Positions 46,715 through 57,150 of a stretch of 64,000 nt of DNA are shown piece by piece. The stretch covers positions 7,003-71,002 of the forward strand of contig JAZDFI010000029.1 in NCBI GenBank assembly GCA_043808015.1. The letters are read 5' to 3'. Within the stretch, counting starts at the first letter, position 1. Each line of letters starts with the position of its first letter. This DNA is from Candidatus Aenigmatarchaeota archaeon (lineage in GTDB: Archaea; Aenigmatarchaeota; Aenigmatarchaeia; QMZP01; QMZT01). Made by a program: the position numbers and the translations under genes. The notes below the pieces were generated by a model. It ran no database searches, was not told the DNA's origin, and saw nothing but the letters and a program-made list of their open reading frames with translations.

Positions 46715-49450
46715 CTACTTTTTGGCTTTTTCCCTTATCTTCGCCTGTGCAGCTGACAATCTTGCTACCGGAACCCTGAAAGGCGAGCAGGATACGTAGT
46801 CCATACCTATTTTATGACAGAATTCTATAGTCCTTGGGTCGCCGCCATGCTCACCACATATGCCGATTTCCAGGTTTTTCTTTGTTTTCCTGCCGCGCTC
46901 TATGCCTATCTTCATGATGTCGCCAATACCCTGCTGGTCGATTGTCTGGAACGGGTCTTCAGGTAGTATGCCTTTCTTCAGATAGTCCTGCAAAAAGCTG
47001 CCTATGTCGTCGCGGGAGAATCCGAAGCCCATCTGCGTCATGTCATTCGTTCCGTAGGAGAAGAACTGCGCGATCTCGGCAAGCTTGTCCGCGACGAAAG
47101 CGGCTCTGGGTATTTCTATCATCGTGCCGAACATGTACCTTATCCGTTTCAGCTTGTATTTGGCAAGCACATTTTTGTAAACCCTCTCCGCAATTTCGAG
47201 CTGGTTCTTTAGTTCCTTTGGTTCAGAAACGACTGCTATCATTATCTCCGGGTATGGTTTCTTGCCTTCTATTATCAGCTCTGCGGCCGCCTCAAAAATG
47301 GCGCGTATCTGCATCTCGGAAATCTCAGGGTATGTTATGCCCAGGCGCACGCCACGATGGCCCATCATGGGATTCGACTCGTGCAGATCGTCTGCGCGTG
47401 CTTTCAGCTCTTCCACGGTTATGCCAAGATTGCTGGCCAGGTGCTGCAGTTTTTCGCTGTCTTTTGGCACGAACTCGTGCAGCGGCGGATCAAGAAGACG
47501 TATGACGACGGGTAGATTATCCATCGCCAGAAGCGTTTCCTTTATGTCTTTTTTGACATATGGGTAAAGCTCGTCCAGCGCCTTTCTCCTCTCGCTCTCT
47601 GTTTTCGAAACTATCATTTTGCGCAGCCTGAAAAGCGGCTCTTCGGAATTCTTGCCGTAGAACATGTGCTCGGTCCTGAAAAGTCCGATGCCTTCTGCGC
47701 CGAACTGCCTTGCCTTTGCAGCGTCTTCCGGCGTATCTGCGTTCGTGCGGATGCCGAGCTTTCTCACCGAATCGCAAAGCCTGAGGAAATCGTTGAATAT
47801 TTTATTTTCCTTCAAGGCATCCATCATGGGCAGTCGTCCTTCGTACACGTTGCCTTTCGTGCCGTTGAGCGTCAGCCAGTCGCCTTCCTTGATGACTATG
47901 CCTTCCGCATGAATCTCTTTTTTGGCTGCGTCGACATGCAAAGCCCCTGCTCCGACGATGCAGCATTTGCCCCAGCCTCTCGCCACGAGCGCCGCATGGG
48001 ATGTCATGCCGCCGCGGGCGGTTAGAATCGCCTGCGCTGCGCGCATTCCTTCGACATCTTCTGGATTCGTCTCCTCGCGGACGAGGATGACGCACTTGCC
48101 CTGCCTGGCCCATTCCACCGCGTCTTTCGCTGTGAAAACTATCTGTCCTGAAGCGCCACCGGGCCCGGCAGGAAGGCCTTTGGCGATGATTTTGCATTTC
48201 GCTTCCACCTTGGTGTCGACTACAGGATGAAGCAGCTCATCGAGCTGCGACGGCGTCACCCGCATGATGGCTTCCTCTTTTGTGATGAGTTTTTCTTTTA
48301 GCATATCCATTGCCATGCGCACAGCGGCCGGGCCGTTCCTCTTGCCGATGCGGCACTGCAACATGTAAAGTTTGTCGCGCTCTATCGTGAATTCGATGTC
48401 CTGCATGTCGCGATAGTGATTCTCGAGTTTTTTCTGATACGTGAAAAGCTCCTTGTAAAGATGCGGCATGGTTTTTTCCAGCGTGACGAGCGATTTGTTG
48501 TGCTCCGATGTGGAATATACATTTATCGGGGCCGGCGTGCGGATGCCGGCAACGACGTCCTCGCCCTGCGCATTTATCAGGTATTCTCCGTAAAAATCGT
48601 TTTCACCGTTGCCTGGATTTCGCGTGAATGCCACTCCAGTTGCCGAATCGTTGCCCATGTTGCCGAAGACCATGGACTGCACGTTGACTGCTGTTCCCCA
48701 TTCGTCAGGTATCCCTTCTATGCGTCGGTAACTGACGGCGCGCTTGCCGTTCCATGACGAGAAGACCGCACTTATCCCGCCCCACAACTGTTCGTCCGGG
48801 TCGTCCGGGAAATTCTTGCCGAGAACGTCCTTGACCCTGGTCTTGAAAAGCCAGCAGAGCTTCTTCAGGTCCTCCACAGTAAGGTCTGTGTCGCTTTTGT
48901 ATCCATTTTCCTTTTTAACCTTGTCCATTATCTTTTCGAACTGTTTGCGTATGCCTTCATCGTCTTTTGGCTCGATACCAGCGGCCTTCTCCATCACGAC
49001 ATCCGAGTACATCATGATAAGGCGCCTGTATGCGTCATAAACGAAGCGCTCGTTGCCGCCGCTCTGCTTGATCATGCCGGATATGGTTTTTGTGGTAAGG
49101 CCGACGTTAAGGACGGTCTCCATCATGCCAGGCATCGACTTGCGCGCGCCCGAACGAACTGAAACCAGCAGCGGGTTTGCCGGGTCGCCGAATTTCCTGT
49201 GCATGAGCGCCTCGATTTTTTTCATTGCCTTGCTGACTTCGCCCTTAAGCTCCTTGGGATATTTCCTGCCGTTCTTGTAATAATGTGTGCATACTTCTGT
49301 AGTAATCGTGAAGCCCGGAGGGACCGGAAGCCGCAAAGCGGGATGACCAGCCATCTCTGCGAGGTTCGCCCCTTTGCCGCCCAGCAGTTCCTTCATCGTC
49401 TCGTTGCCGTCAGCCTTTCCTCCGCCGAAAAAATAAACATTTTTTTTCAT
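46715..49450 (-). CDS. ppdK: Pyruvate, phosphate dikinase
   Basis: 911 aa. N-terminal YFFGGGKADGN...LLGGKGANLAEM...GFTITTE and central His-domain plus PEP-utilising C-terminus characteristic of PPDK. Confidence 0.9.
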   Translation of the reverse strand: MKKNVYFFGGGKADGNETMKELLGGKGANLAEMAGHPALRLPVPPGFTITTEVCTHYYKNGRKYPKELKGEVSKAMKKIEALMHRKFGDPANPLLVSVRSGARKSMPGMMETVLNVGLTTKTISGMIKQSGGNERFVYDAYRRLIMMYSDVVMEKAAGIEPKDDEGIRKQFEKIMDKVKKENGYKSDTDLTVEDLKKLCWLFKTRVKDVLGKNFPDDPDEQLWGGISAVFSSWNGKRAVSYRRIEGIPDEWGTAVNVQSMVFGNMGNDSATGVAFTRNPGNGENDFYGEYLINAQGEDVVAGIRTPAPINVYSTSEHNKSLVTLEKTMPHLYKELFTYQKKLENHYRDMQDIEFTIERDKLYMLQCRIGKRNGPAAVRMAMDMLKEKLITKEEAIMRVTPSQLDELLHPVVDTKVEAKCKIIAKGLPAGPGGASGQIVFTAKDAVEWARQGKCVILVREETNPEDVEGMRAAQAILTARGGMTSHAALVARGWGKCCIVGAGALHVDAAKKEIHAEGIVIKEGDWLTLNGTKGNVYEGRLPMMDALKENKIFNDFLRLCDSVRKLGIRTNADTPEDAAKARQFGAEGIGLFRTEHMFYGKNSEEPLFRLRKMIVSKTESERRKALDELYPYVKKDIKETLLAMDNLPVVIRLLDPPLHEFVPKDSEKLQHLASNLGITVEELKARADDLHESNPMMGHRGVRLGITYPEISEMQIRAIFEAAAELIIEGKKPYPEIMIAVVSEPKELKNQLEIAERVYKNVLAKYKLKRIRYMFGTMIEIPRAAFVADKLAEIAQFFSYGTNDMTQMGFGFSRDDIGSFLQDYLKKGILPEDPFQTIDQQGIGDIMKIGIERGRKTKKNLEIGICGEHGGDPRTIEFCHKIGMDYVSCSPFRVPVARLSAAQAKIREKAKK

Positions 49451-49530
49451 ATTATCACCCTCAAACTAGATTAAACCTTTTGGTCTTTTTAATTTAAAAA
49501 TATATATTAGACCCGGCCCAACGTATATAT

Positions 49531-50013
49531 ATGGGCAAGAAAGGCATATCGCCAGTTATAGCCAGCGTCCTTCTCATAGGCATAACTGTCGCGGTTGGTG
49601 TGATGCTTTCTTCATGGATAACGCACTGGATAAGCAACAAGACGCAGGACATAAGCAGTGCCTGCGCCACGAGCACCAACTATAAGATAGATTCAATCAT
49701 CTATTCATCAGCCACAAAGAACATGACCATAATGCTGACGAACATGGGAAGCGTCGAACTTTACGGCTTCAGCGTCCAGATTCTGAACGGGACCGAGGTT
49801 ATAGTTTATAACTACACTGATACTAAATTTAAAATAAGTCCCAACATAACGCAATCGAATCCGTTGAAACAGCAGAGATCTGCAATAATAATAGTTTCGC
49901 TCGACGCAAGCGGATACGAAGCCGGCCTCGGCGAGACAGCCGATATGGTAAAGGTTCTCAACAGCGCCTGCCCGGCGTTTTCGCTTGAAACGAGAACCGT
50001 GACAAGGGAGTGA
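49531..50013 (+). CDS. Archaeal type IV pilin (Pilin_N class III signal peptide)
   Basis: MGKKGISPVIASVLLIGITVAVGV matches the archaeal pilin N-terminal RG[VI]SPVI motif. Asn sequons. Confidence 0.75.
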   Translation: MGKKGISPVIASVLLIGITVAVGVMLSSWITHWISNKTQDISSACATSTNYKIDSIIYSSATKNMTIMLTNMGSVELYGFSVQILNGTEVIVYNYTDTKFKISPNITQSNPLKQQRSAIIIVSLDASGYEAGLGETADMVKVLNSACPAFSLETRTVTRE

Positions 50014-50456
50014 TGTGCATGATGAGAAAAGGTATATCCCCATTGATAGCGACCATAATGTTAATAGCTTTTACTATGGTTGTTGCAGGCATAATCGCCG
50101 GCTGGGCGACGCAGTTTGTGACGCAGAGCCGTTCGGAGCTGCAGTTCTGCTCCAAAGCCCAGATGCTGATACAGAGGGCATATTACGACAACGTGTCAAA
50201 AACGCTCACTCTTGCACTTTTTAACACGGGTGACGTTCCTCTCGATGGTTTCTCCGTAAGGATTACATATAACAACGAGACCATAACATCCGAGAAGTTC
50301 GAGGATCTTAACATATCATATCAGGAAATAAAGACTGCGGTCGTGCTTACTGACGATACGCTCAAACAGATAGCGGTCCAGTCCCTGCAATGCAGGGGTG
50401 CGCAGGATATGATAAACAGGTATGACGTCCAGGGCATAGGCTTCAAGTCGTTCTAG
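50010..50456 (+). CDS. Archaeal type IV pilin (Pilin_N class III signal peptide), second copy
   Basis: MRKGISPLIATIMLIAFTMVVAG. Overlaps the previous stop by 4 nt. Confidence 0.75.
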   Translation: MMCMMRKGISPLIATIMLIAFTMVVAGIIAGWATQFVTQSRSELQFCSKAQMLIQRAYYDNVSKTLTLALFNTGDVPLDGFSVRITYNNETITSEKFEDLNISYQEIKTAVVLTDDTLKQIAVQSLQCRGAQDMINRYDVQGIGFKSF

Positions 50457-50496
50457 CGCTCTTGCGCCCTTTTATTTACCTTTCACAATTCTTTTT

Positions 50497-50907
50497 ATGA
50501 AATTCCAGTTTATCAAGGACATGACTTCGGATGTCGTGTTCGAGGCATTTGGAAAGGATAAGAAAGAGCTTTTCGAAAACGCAGGATTTGCCCTGATGAG
50601 CGTCATATGCCAGGTGGATAAAATAGCGCCGCTGCTTTCCAAAGAAGTCGAAGTCTCGGGTGAGAACGAAAAAGACCTGCTGTTCAACTGGCTGCAGAAG
50701 CTCATAGAGATGGTTGACATCGAAAACATTTTCTTCTCCAAATTCGAGATCAAAAAAATCAGCGGCAAACACATGATTGTCAAGTGCTTCGGCGAAGGCT
50801 CCGACCCCGGCAGGGGCGGCACGCTCGTCAAAGCGGTGACTTATTACAAGTTCAACATTGAAAAGACGAAAGACGGTCTCAAAGCGACTGTCAGCCTGGA
50901 TATATGA
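50497..50907 (+). CDS. Archease (RtcB cofactor)
   Basis: 136 aa, FQFIKDMTSDVVFEAFGKD...KVEVSG pattern typical of archease. Convergent with rtcB. Confidence 0.75.
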   Translation: MKFQFIKDMTSDVVFEAFGKDKKELFENAGFALMSVICQVDKIAPLLSKEVEVSGENEKDLLFNWLQKLIEMVDIENIFFSKFEIKKISGKHMIVKCFGEGSDPGRGGTLVKAVTYYKFNIEKTKDGLKATVSLDI

Positions 50908-50911
50908 GTGC

Positions 50912-52324
50912 TTAGCCTTTGCAGACGCCGATCGGCAGCGCCTTTGCGACCTTGAGTGAGATGCCCATTCCATGGACGGATTCTATCACGTCGTCTACGT
51001 TCTTGTAAGCGCCTGGCGCCTCTTCTGCGAGGACTTCTGGGTGCGTTGACTGGGCAACGATGCCCTTCTTCGCGAGGTCGTCCTTGACATTGCCTCCCCA
51101 GAACTTCTTTATCGCGTCGTTCCTTGACATCGCCCTGCCGGCGCCGTGCACGGTCGAGCCGAACGTCTTTTCCAGCGACGCTTCAGCGCCTTTGAGTATG
51201 TAACTCGACGTTCCCATCGTGCCCGCGATGAGCACCGGATCGCCCGGGAAGCTGCGCGTCGACCCCTTCCGATGGACGTACACTTTTCGCTTCTTGCCGT
51301 CTATTTTGTGTTCCTCCACCTTCACTACGTTATGGCAGAGGCCGTAAAGCGTGTGCATGCCCATCGCTTCCCACTCGCGATTGAATACCTTCTCGAACGT
51401 TTCGCGTATCCACTGGGTCATTACCAGACGATTGGTGAAAGAATAGTTCACGGCACATTTCATAGCGGAAAAATAATCCAACGCTTCCGGCGTCTTCGCC
51501 GGCGCGCACGCGAGCTGCCTGTCAGGGAGCCATATTTTGTATTTGTCGACCGCCTTCTCCTGTATTTTCAGGTAATCGGTCGCAACCTGATGGCCGAGCC
51601 CGCGCGAGCCGCAGTGCAGCATTATGAGGACCTGATCCGGACTCTCGATTCCCCATTTGCTGGCGACCGGCGCATCGTAAATTTCCGAGACCTTCTGTAT
51701 TTCCAGAAAATGGTTCCCGGCACCGAGCGTTCCCAGCTGTTCGAGGCCGCGTTTCTTGGCAAGGTCTGAAACCTTTTTCGGGTCGCCGCCTTCCATGCAT
51801 CCCTTTTCTTCCATGTGTTCCCTGTCGCTGGCGACGCCGTAGCCATTTTCGATAGCCCAGTTAACGCCGTGCGTGAGGACCTGCGCGAGCTGATCCTGCG
51901 TCAGCTTCAGCCTTCCATGAGCTCCGACGCCGCATGGTATGGTCTTGAAAAGGGCTGATATGAGTTCGTTGAGCTTCGGCTTCACTTCATCATAAGTGAG
52001 GCTGGTGCGTATGGAATTAACTCCGCAGTTTATGTCGAAGCCGCACAGGCCTGAAGAAATTATACCATCGTCAAAATCGAATGCAGACACCGCGCCCATG
52101 GGAAGACCGTAGCCCCAGTGCATGTCCGGGAGGCCGATAACTGGTTCTATCACACCCGGCAGGCAGGCGACATTGGTGAGCTGTTCGATGGCAGCGTCTT
52201 CGATACCATTTATGATCTGGCTGTTGCCCACGATTTTTGCCTTCACGTTCATCTTGGGCCTGACGTTTTTTTCGAGTTCCCACTCGTAATCTGAAACCTG
52301 TTTCAGCTTGCTTTTCATCGTCAT
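50912..52324 (-). CDS. rtcB: RNA-splicing ligase RtcB
   Basis: 470 aa with conserved His/Cys metal ligands (GFDINCGV, HNVV, GAGNHF, HGAGR). Confidence 0.9.
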   Translation of the reverse strand: MTMKSKLKQVSDYEWELEKNVRPKMNVKAKIVGNSQIINGIEDAAIEQLTNVACLPGVIEPVIGLPDMHWGYGLPMGAVSAFDFDDGIISSGLCGFDINCGVNSIRTSLTYDEVKPKLNELISALFKTIPCGVGAHGRLKLTQDQLAQVLTHGVNWAIENGYGVASDREHMEEKGCMEGGDPKKVSDLAKKRGLEQLGTLGAGNHFLEIQKVSEIYDAPVASKWGIESPDQVLIMLHCGSRGLGHQVATDYLKIQEKAVDKYKIWLPDRQLACAPAKTPEALDYFSAMKCAVNYSFTNRLVMTQWIRETFEKVFNREWEAMGMHTLYGLCHNVVKVEEHKIDGKKRKVYVHRKGSTRSFPGDPVLIAGTMGTSSYILKGAEASLEKTFGSTVHGAGRAMSRNDAIKKFWGGNVKDDLAKKGIVAQSTHPEVLAEEAPGAYKNVDDVIESVHGMGISLKVAKALPIGVCKG

Positions 52325-52426
52325 GCGCTCCCTCCAGAACTATGATGTGTTATTAATATTTAAAATAGTTTTTCTTATATAGGGTCATCAATTAATATAT
52401 TAATGATGTTGAAGGTAGGTGGATAA

Positions 52427-52681
52427 ATGAGCAGTAAACAATTTTACAAAAGAGGATGGCATCACAATAAAGGCAGGGGAAGGGAAACGTCTGTCACATG
52501 CGGTTTCTGCGGAAGGATTGTCCCTAAATACAAAACCTTTGCAGTTTACAGAGGATTTTCCATCACTGATCCTGCACTGAGACAGGAACTCGGCGGGAGA
52601 GGCGGTTCTTTGTTTTCTACCAAATTGTATGCGTGCCCTGGCTGTGCAAGGCACAGACAAATCGTAAAGAAAAAAAGATGA
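52427..52681 (+). CDS. rps26e: 30S ribosomal protein S26e
   Basis: KGRGRETSVTCGFCGRIVPKYK and KLYACPGCARHRQIV match eS26 ([22 protein letters not shown] and KLYVKLHYCVSCAIHSKVV). Confidence 0.7.
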   Translation: MSSKQFYKRGWHHNKGRGRETSVTCGFCGRIVPKYKTFAVYRGFSITDPALRQELGGRGGSLFSTKLYACPGCARHRQIVKKKR

Positions 52682-52688
52682 TGGTGCA

Positions 52689-54377
52689 TTGATGGGCCTG
52701 AGGGGATTGCTCAGAGATAAATTAGAAAAGAGGAAAAACGCAGATGAAAATGTATATCCCAAGATTGAAATAAAGGAGCCCAAGAATCTGATAATATTTC
52801 CATCGCTGAAAAAAGCGACGGAAATCGACATACAATACCCGCTTCTGGAGCCGTTCGTATATGCCCACGTGAGATGGGATCAAAAAAAGAAAGGCCTTTT
52901 TTATGAAATAATAGAGCCTTCCCTTTCGAATACGGAGAAGGAAATCCTGGAAACCATTAAGAAAGACCTTCTGGAAATAATTGACGTCGAGTTATCGGCC
53001 ATAAAGGCGGAGGGAAAGGTTTTCGAATACATACAGGAAAAACTGCAGAAAATACTCGAAGACGAGAATATGAAACTGCCTACGGAGGCATACATAAAGA
53101 TAACTTACTTCATCTACCGCGATTTCGTGGGCTATAATGAAATCGAGGGGCTGCTTCATGACCCTTACATTGAAGATATAGGGTGCCCGGGCCTCAGTAT
53201 GCCTGTCTTCGTGGTCCACAGGAAATTCGGCTCCATCGAGACGAACATCACGTTCGAAGACAGCGGCTACCTTAACAATTTTGTCATAAAGCTCGCCGAG
53301 CGCAGCGGTAGATATATATCATACGCGAAACCTCTGCTCGACGGCTCGCTTCCCGATGGCTCGAGGGTCCAGGCAACGCTCGCGAAAGACGTCACGACCA
53401 AAGGTCCGACATTCTCTATAAGGAAGTTCAGGGTCGAGCCATTCACCCCGATAGACGTCATAAACTTCAACACGGCGTCCAGCGAAATCATGGCTTATTT
53501 GTGGTTAATGGTGGAATCGCGCGCCTCGGCCCTCGTATGCGGCGGCGTGTCGACTGGAAAGACCACGTTCCTGAACGTTATGAGCATGTTCATCCCGCCC
53601 GAAGACAAGATCGTTTCGATAGAGGATACGCGAGAATTGAACCTGCAGCACCAGAACTGGATACCGAGCGTTTCAAGGATCGGTTTCGGCGTGCCTGAAA
53701 TAGGCGGCAGACGCTATGGCGAGGTTACGCTTTTCGAACTGCTCAAGGAATCTTTCAGGCAAAATCCGGATTATGTGATAGTCGGAGAGGTGAGGGGTAA
53801 AGAGGCATACGTCATGTTCCAGGGTATGGCAAGCGGCCACGCATCTTTGGGGACGATTCACGCAGGCTCAGTAGATGACGTGATAAAGCGCCTCGAAATG
53901 CCGCCAATCGAGCTATCGCCGACGCTGATAGAGACGCTGGACATGGTCTTGGTCATGATACACGCGAAGGAAAAGGGTAAATCCGCCAGACGATTGAAAG
54001 AAATAGACGAGATAGAGTCAATAGATCCGAAAACCGGAACGCCCCACACTGTAAAGGCGTTTGCGTGGAGCCCGTCATCCGATACTTATTCCTCAAATCT
54101 TGAGGAATCATACTTGCTTAAGAAAACTGCTTTCGAGAAGGGAATATCATACGACGACATGGTAAAGGAACTCAAGAAACGCCAGAAGATACTCGACTGG
54201 ATGAGAAAATTCGGCGTGACGAATTTCGATGATGTTTCAAAGCTGATAAACCTGTATTACAAAGAACCGGGCATAATAACAGACTGGGTGGAAAAGGATG
54301 TGCCGCCGTTCAAAACGAAAATGAAAGAGGTAAAAAAGGTGCTTGAATCGTACACCGGCCTCAAAGTAATCGAATAA
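52689..54377 (+). CDS. FlaI/TadA/GspE-family secretion ATPase (type IV pilus assembly ATPase) 2
   Basis: Walker A VCGGVSTGKTTFLN, SIEDTRELNL and GEVRG motifs. Paralogous to the ATPase at 27386. Confidence 0.8.
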   Translation: MMGLRGLLRDKLEKRKNADENVYPKIEIKEPKNLIIFPSLKKATEIDIQYPLLEPFVYAHVRWDQKKKGLFYEIIEPSLSNTEKEILETIKKDLLEIIDVELSAIKAEGKVFEYIQEKLQKILEDENMKLPTEAYIKITYFIYRDFVGYNEIEGLLHDPYIEDIGCPGLSMPVFVVHRKFGSIETNITFEDSGYLNNFVIKLAERSGRYISYAKPLLDGSLPDGSRVQATLAKDVTTKGPTFSIRKFRVEPFTPIDVINFNTASSEIMAYLWLMVESRASALVCGGVSTGKTTFLNVMSMFIPPEDKIVSIEDTRELNLQHQNWIPSVSRIGFGVPEIGGRRYGEVTLFELLKESFRQNPDYVIVGEVRGKEAYVMFQGMASGHASLGTIHAGSVDDVIKRLEMPPIELSPTLIETLDMVLVMIHAKEKGKSARRLKEIDEIESIDPKTGTPHTVKAFAWSPSSDTYSSNLEESYLLKKTAFEKGISYDDMVKELKKRQKILDWMRKFGVTNFDDVSKLINLYYKEPGIITDWVEKDVPPFKTKMKEVKKVLESYTGLKVIE

Positions 54378-54389
54378 ATGTTTAAACAT
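54378..54389. promoter_or_regulatory. ATGTTTAAACAT palindrome immediately upstream of the TATA-like element of the RPA gene
   Basis: Perfect 12-bp palindrome 43-54 nt upstream of the ATG at 54432. The same 12-mer occurs twice in tandem at 46074-46097. Confidence 0.35.
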
Positions 54390-54431
54390 AATCTTTTATA
54401 ATTTATTCTCAATCTTTATGCAGGGTTTGAT

Positions 54432-55460
54432 ATGTTCTCGCTCAAAGAGATGGTAAAGGAAATTTCGCTCTCTTCCGGTCTCAGCGAAGGTGATGTGGAA
54501 CTGAGAATAGAAGATAAACAGCTGGAGCTTTCCGGCCTTGTATCGCCTGAGGGGGCTGCATACATAGTCGGAAAGGAGTTGGGCGTCAGCCTGTTAAAAG
54601 AGTCACCGAAGAGGGGGCTTAAGATAAAAAACGTTGTCCCTGGCATGAGATCGGTCGACGTTGTCGGGCGTATAATACGAATTTCTCCCAGAAAGGATTT
54701 CCAGAGGGACGGACGCCTTAAAGGCGTTATAAACGTCACCCTGGGCGATGAAACCGGCGTTCTCAGGCTTTCATTATGGGACAGCGAAACAGAAATTGTC
54801 GAAAAAGCCGACATGAAGGAAAATGATGTAATGAGCATAATGAATGCCTACGTTAAGGAAAACAACCGCGGCGATATCGAGCTCCGCCTCGGCAGGAGCG
54901 GCAGGATAAACAAGTCCGACGAAAAAATACCCGAGATTAACGAGATAAGGAAGGACGTCGAGTCCGTGAATGCTAAGAGCATTGCCGACCTCAGAGAGGA
55001 TGAGTTTAGCGAAATAAAAGCCTCGCTTATACAAGTGTTCAAAAGAAATCCATTCTACAGCGTCTGCCCGTTATGCGACTCGCGGCTGGAGAAGGATGGT
55101 AATGATTCAAAATGCAAGGATCACGGCAAGGTCGAACCTAAATACAATCTCGTGATTTCAGGCGTCGTTGACGATGGCACGGGAAACGTGCGCGTCGTGT
55201 TCTTCAGGGACATGGCCGAGAAGATTTGCGGTAAAAACGCTGACGAACTCAGAAAAATCGCATTAAGCCAGGACCCGTCATCTTTATGTGAAGACGTGAA
55301 GCTGGGCCGTGAATTTGTGATAAGAGGCCGCGTGAAGAAAAATGAATACGCCGACAAGATTGAACTTGTCGCCAGCAGCGTCGAAGACGTCAATCCCAGG
55401 AGAGAATCCGAGAAACTGGTGCAAAAAATAGAGACGTTGAATATTAAAAATACGAAATGA
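54432..55460 (+). CDS. rpa: Replication protein A-like ssDNA-binding protein (OB folds plus zinc ribbon)
   Basis: OB-fold repeats and CPLCDSRLEKDGNDSKCKDHGKV zinc ribbon. Directly upstream of radA. Confidence 0.65.
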   Translation: MFSLKEMVKEISLSSGLSEGDVELRIEDKQLELSGLVSPEGAAYIVGKELGVSLLKESPKRGLKIKNVVPGMRSVDVVGRIIRISPRKDFQRDGRLKGVINVTLGDETGVLRLSLWDSETEIVEKADMKENDVMSIMNAYVKENNRGDIELRLGRSGRINKSDEKIPEINEIRKDVESVNAKSIADLREDEFSEIKASLIQVFKRNPFYSVCPLCDSRLEKDGNDSKCKDHGKVEPKYNLVISGVVDDGTGNVRVVFFRDMAEKICGKNADELRKIALSQDPSSLCEDVKLGREFVIRGRVKKNEYADKIELVASSVEDVNPRRESEKLVQKIETLNIKNTK

Positions 55461-55487
55461 ATATTTAAGCCCTAGTGAGGTGTTGGT

Positions 55488-56471
55488 ATGGCAAAAGAAG
55501 TTGAAGTGAACAAAGAGAATAAGGATATTGAAAATCTTCCAGGAGTTGGGGAGAAAACCCTTGAAAAATTCATAGAAGCTGGTTATGATAATCTCATGGC
55601 TATAGCCGCAGCTTCTGCCAGCGAGCTTGTAGCTTCAACGGGCATAGGCGTCGAAACCGCCAATAAAATAATCGCTGGTGCGAGGCAGAAACTCAAGATG
55701 GGTTTCGAGACGGCAAAGGAAGTCCTTGTCAAGAGGGAAAACATTGGAAAGATAACAACATGCGCGAAAGAACTCGACAAGCTTCTTGGCGGCGGCGTGG
55801 AAACGCAGGCCATCACTGAGATGCACGGCGCTTATGGCTCCGGCAAATCGCAGCTTGCACACCAGCTTTCCGTTTCTGTGCAGTTGCCGAGGGATAAAGG
55901 CGGCTTAGACGGGAAAGTGATTTTCATCGACACCGAGCAGACGTTCAGGCCTGAAAGGATAATACAGATGGCTGAAGGCCTTGATCTGGATTCTGATAAA
56001 ATTCTCGAGAACATATTCTTTGCCAGGGCTTACAACTCTGACCATCAGGTGCTTTTGATAGAAAAGGCCGAGGAAATCATAAAGAAGGAAAACGTCAAGC
56101 TTATAGTAGTCGACTCGCTTACATCGGCATTCAGGTCGGATTACACTGGCCGAGGCACGCTTGCTGACCGCCAGCAAAAGCTTAACAGGCATATGCACAA
56201 GCTTCAAAGGCTCGCCGACGTCTACAATCTGGCCGTTTACGTGACCAACCAGGTCATGTCAAGGCCCGACGTCATGTTTGGTGACCCGACCGCTCCAATC
56301 GGCGGGCACATTGTAGGCCACCAGGCGACATATCGCGTCTATCTGAGAAAGTCAAAAGAAGACAAGAGGATAGCCAAGCTTATAGACTCTCCTAACCTAC
56401 CAGAAGGCGAGACTATCTTCAGGGTTCTGCTCGAGGGCGTGAGGGACGCAGAAGAGGGCTCTAAAAAGTGA
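55488..56471 (+). CDS. radA: DNA repair and recombination protein RadA
   Basis: N-terminal HhH ([17 protein letters not shown]), Walker [15 protein letters not shown], Walker B LIVVDSL. 327 aa. Confidence 0.9.
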   Translation: MAKEVEVNKENKDIENLPGVGEKTLEKFIEAGYDNLMAIAAASASELVASTGIGVETANKIIAGARQKLKMGFETAKEVLVKRENIGKITTCAKELDKLLGGGVETQAITEMHGAYGSGKSQLAHQLSVSVQLPRDKGGLDGKVIFIDTEQTFRPERIIQMAEGLDLDSDKILENIFFARAYNSDHQVLLIEKAEEIIKKENVKLIVVDSLTSAFRSDYTGRGTLADRQQKLNRHMHKLQRLADVYNLAVYVTNQVMSRPDVMFGDPTAPIGGHIVGHQATYRVYLRKSKEDKRIAKLIDSPNLPEGETIFRVLLEGVRDAEEGSKK

Positions 56472-56763
56472 GACTTCTAAGCTTCAAAAACCTCAACACG
56501 TGCTCTCTTGTCATGTTTTTGTTTTTCAGGCGCACGAATTTTATTTTCAGCCCCACATCGTCGAAGCCTTCAGGAACGGTAATTTCGACATAGGGCGACA
56601 TATAGAGGTCCAAAGTCCGGGAAACCGTCCATTTGTGGAGACCAGTCGCCTTCGCTATTTTTGATACCGTAAGCAACTGCCCGTTCTCCGCGGTCTCTTT
56701 CAGCAGACTGAAGATCCGTATAACGTTTTTTACGGTATTCTTGTAGAATTCCCTTTCAGCCAT
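56461..56763 (-). CDS. Small winged-helix DNA-binding protein
   Basis: [27 protein letters not shown] pattern. A 17-bp palindrome lies 9 nt upstream. Confidence 0.5.
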   Translation of the reverse strand: MAEREFYKNTVKNVIRIFSLLKETAENGQLLTVSKIAKATGLHKWTVSRTLDLYMSPYVEITVPEGFDDVGLKIKFVRLKNKNMTREHVLRFLKLRSLTF

Positions 56764-56771
56764 GATAATAT

Positions 56772-56788
56772 ATTTGACCGGGTCAAAT
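56772..56788. promoter_or_regulatory. Perfect 17-bp palindrome ATTTGACC-G-GGTCAAAT between the putative TATA and the start codon of the wHTH gene
   Basis: Directly visible inverted repeat located 9 nt upstream of the ATG at 56763. Confidence 0.5.
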
Positions 56789-56835
56789 TTAAGCCTATGG
56801 CTAATGTAAAAAATGAAAATAAGAGAGAAAGGTAT

Positions 56836-57099
56836 TTAGATTATATCTTTCTCTGAAACGATTACGAAATCGCCTACAGACTTGACCGCCGAGAAAGGCA
56901 CAAGAGTTCTGCCCTTGTCGTCTTCCTGGAGATTAAGTTCGCCTGCATGCTTTGTGGGCTGAACCAGAACCAGATTTATTAACTCCCCAGATTCAACGAT
57001 GTAATCAAGGTCGCCAACGACACCGAATTTCTTGCCACTTTCTTCTGAAATCAGGATCTTGCCTATAAGGTCCCTGCTTCTTACTCTTTCATCTGCCAT
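56836..57099 (-). CDS. Stand-alone PRC-barrel protein
   Basis: 87 aa with GKKFGVVGDLDY...GELNL...LVPFSAVKSVGDFVIV PRC-barrel pattern. Confidence 0.65.
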   Translation of the reverse strand: MADERVRSRDLIGKILISEESGKKFGVVGDLDYIVESGELINLVLVQPTKHAGELNLQEDDKGRTLVPFSAVKSVGDFVIVSEKDII

Positions 57100-57150
57100 A
57101 AAAACCCTCCCGCTAGTGATATTTATATTATGAAAGAATCTATTTAAAAT

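Noticed and set aside
52325-52426. Possible C/D-box sRNA in the rtcB/S26e intergenic region (AATGATGT...)
   Set aside because: The C-box is imperfect (AUGAUGU), and no matching D/D' boxes or terminal stem were found. The region is adequately explained as a bidirectional promoter plus ribosome-binding site.
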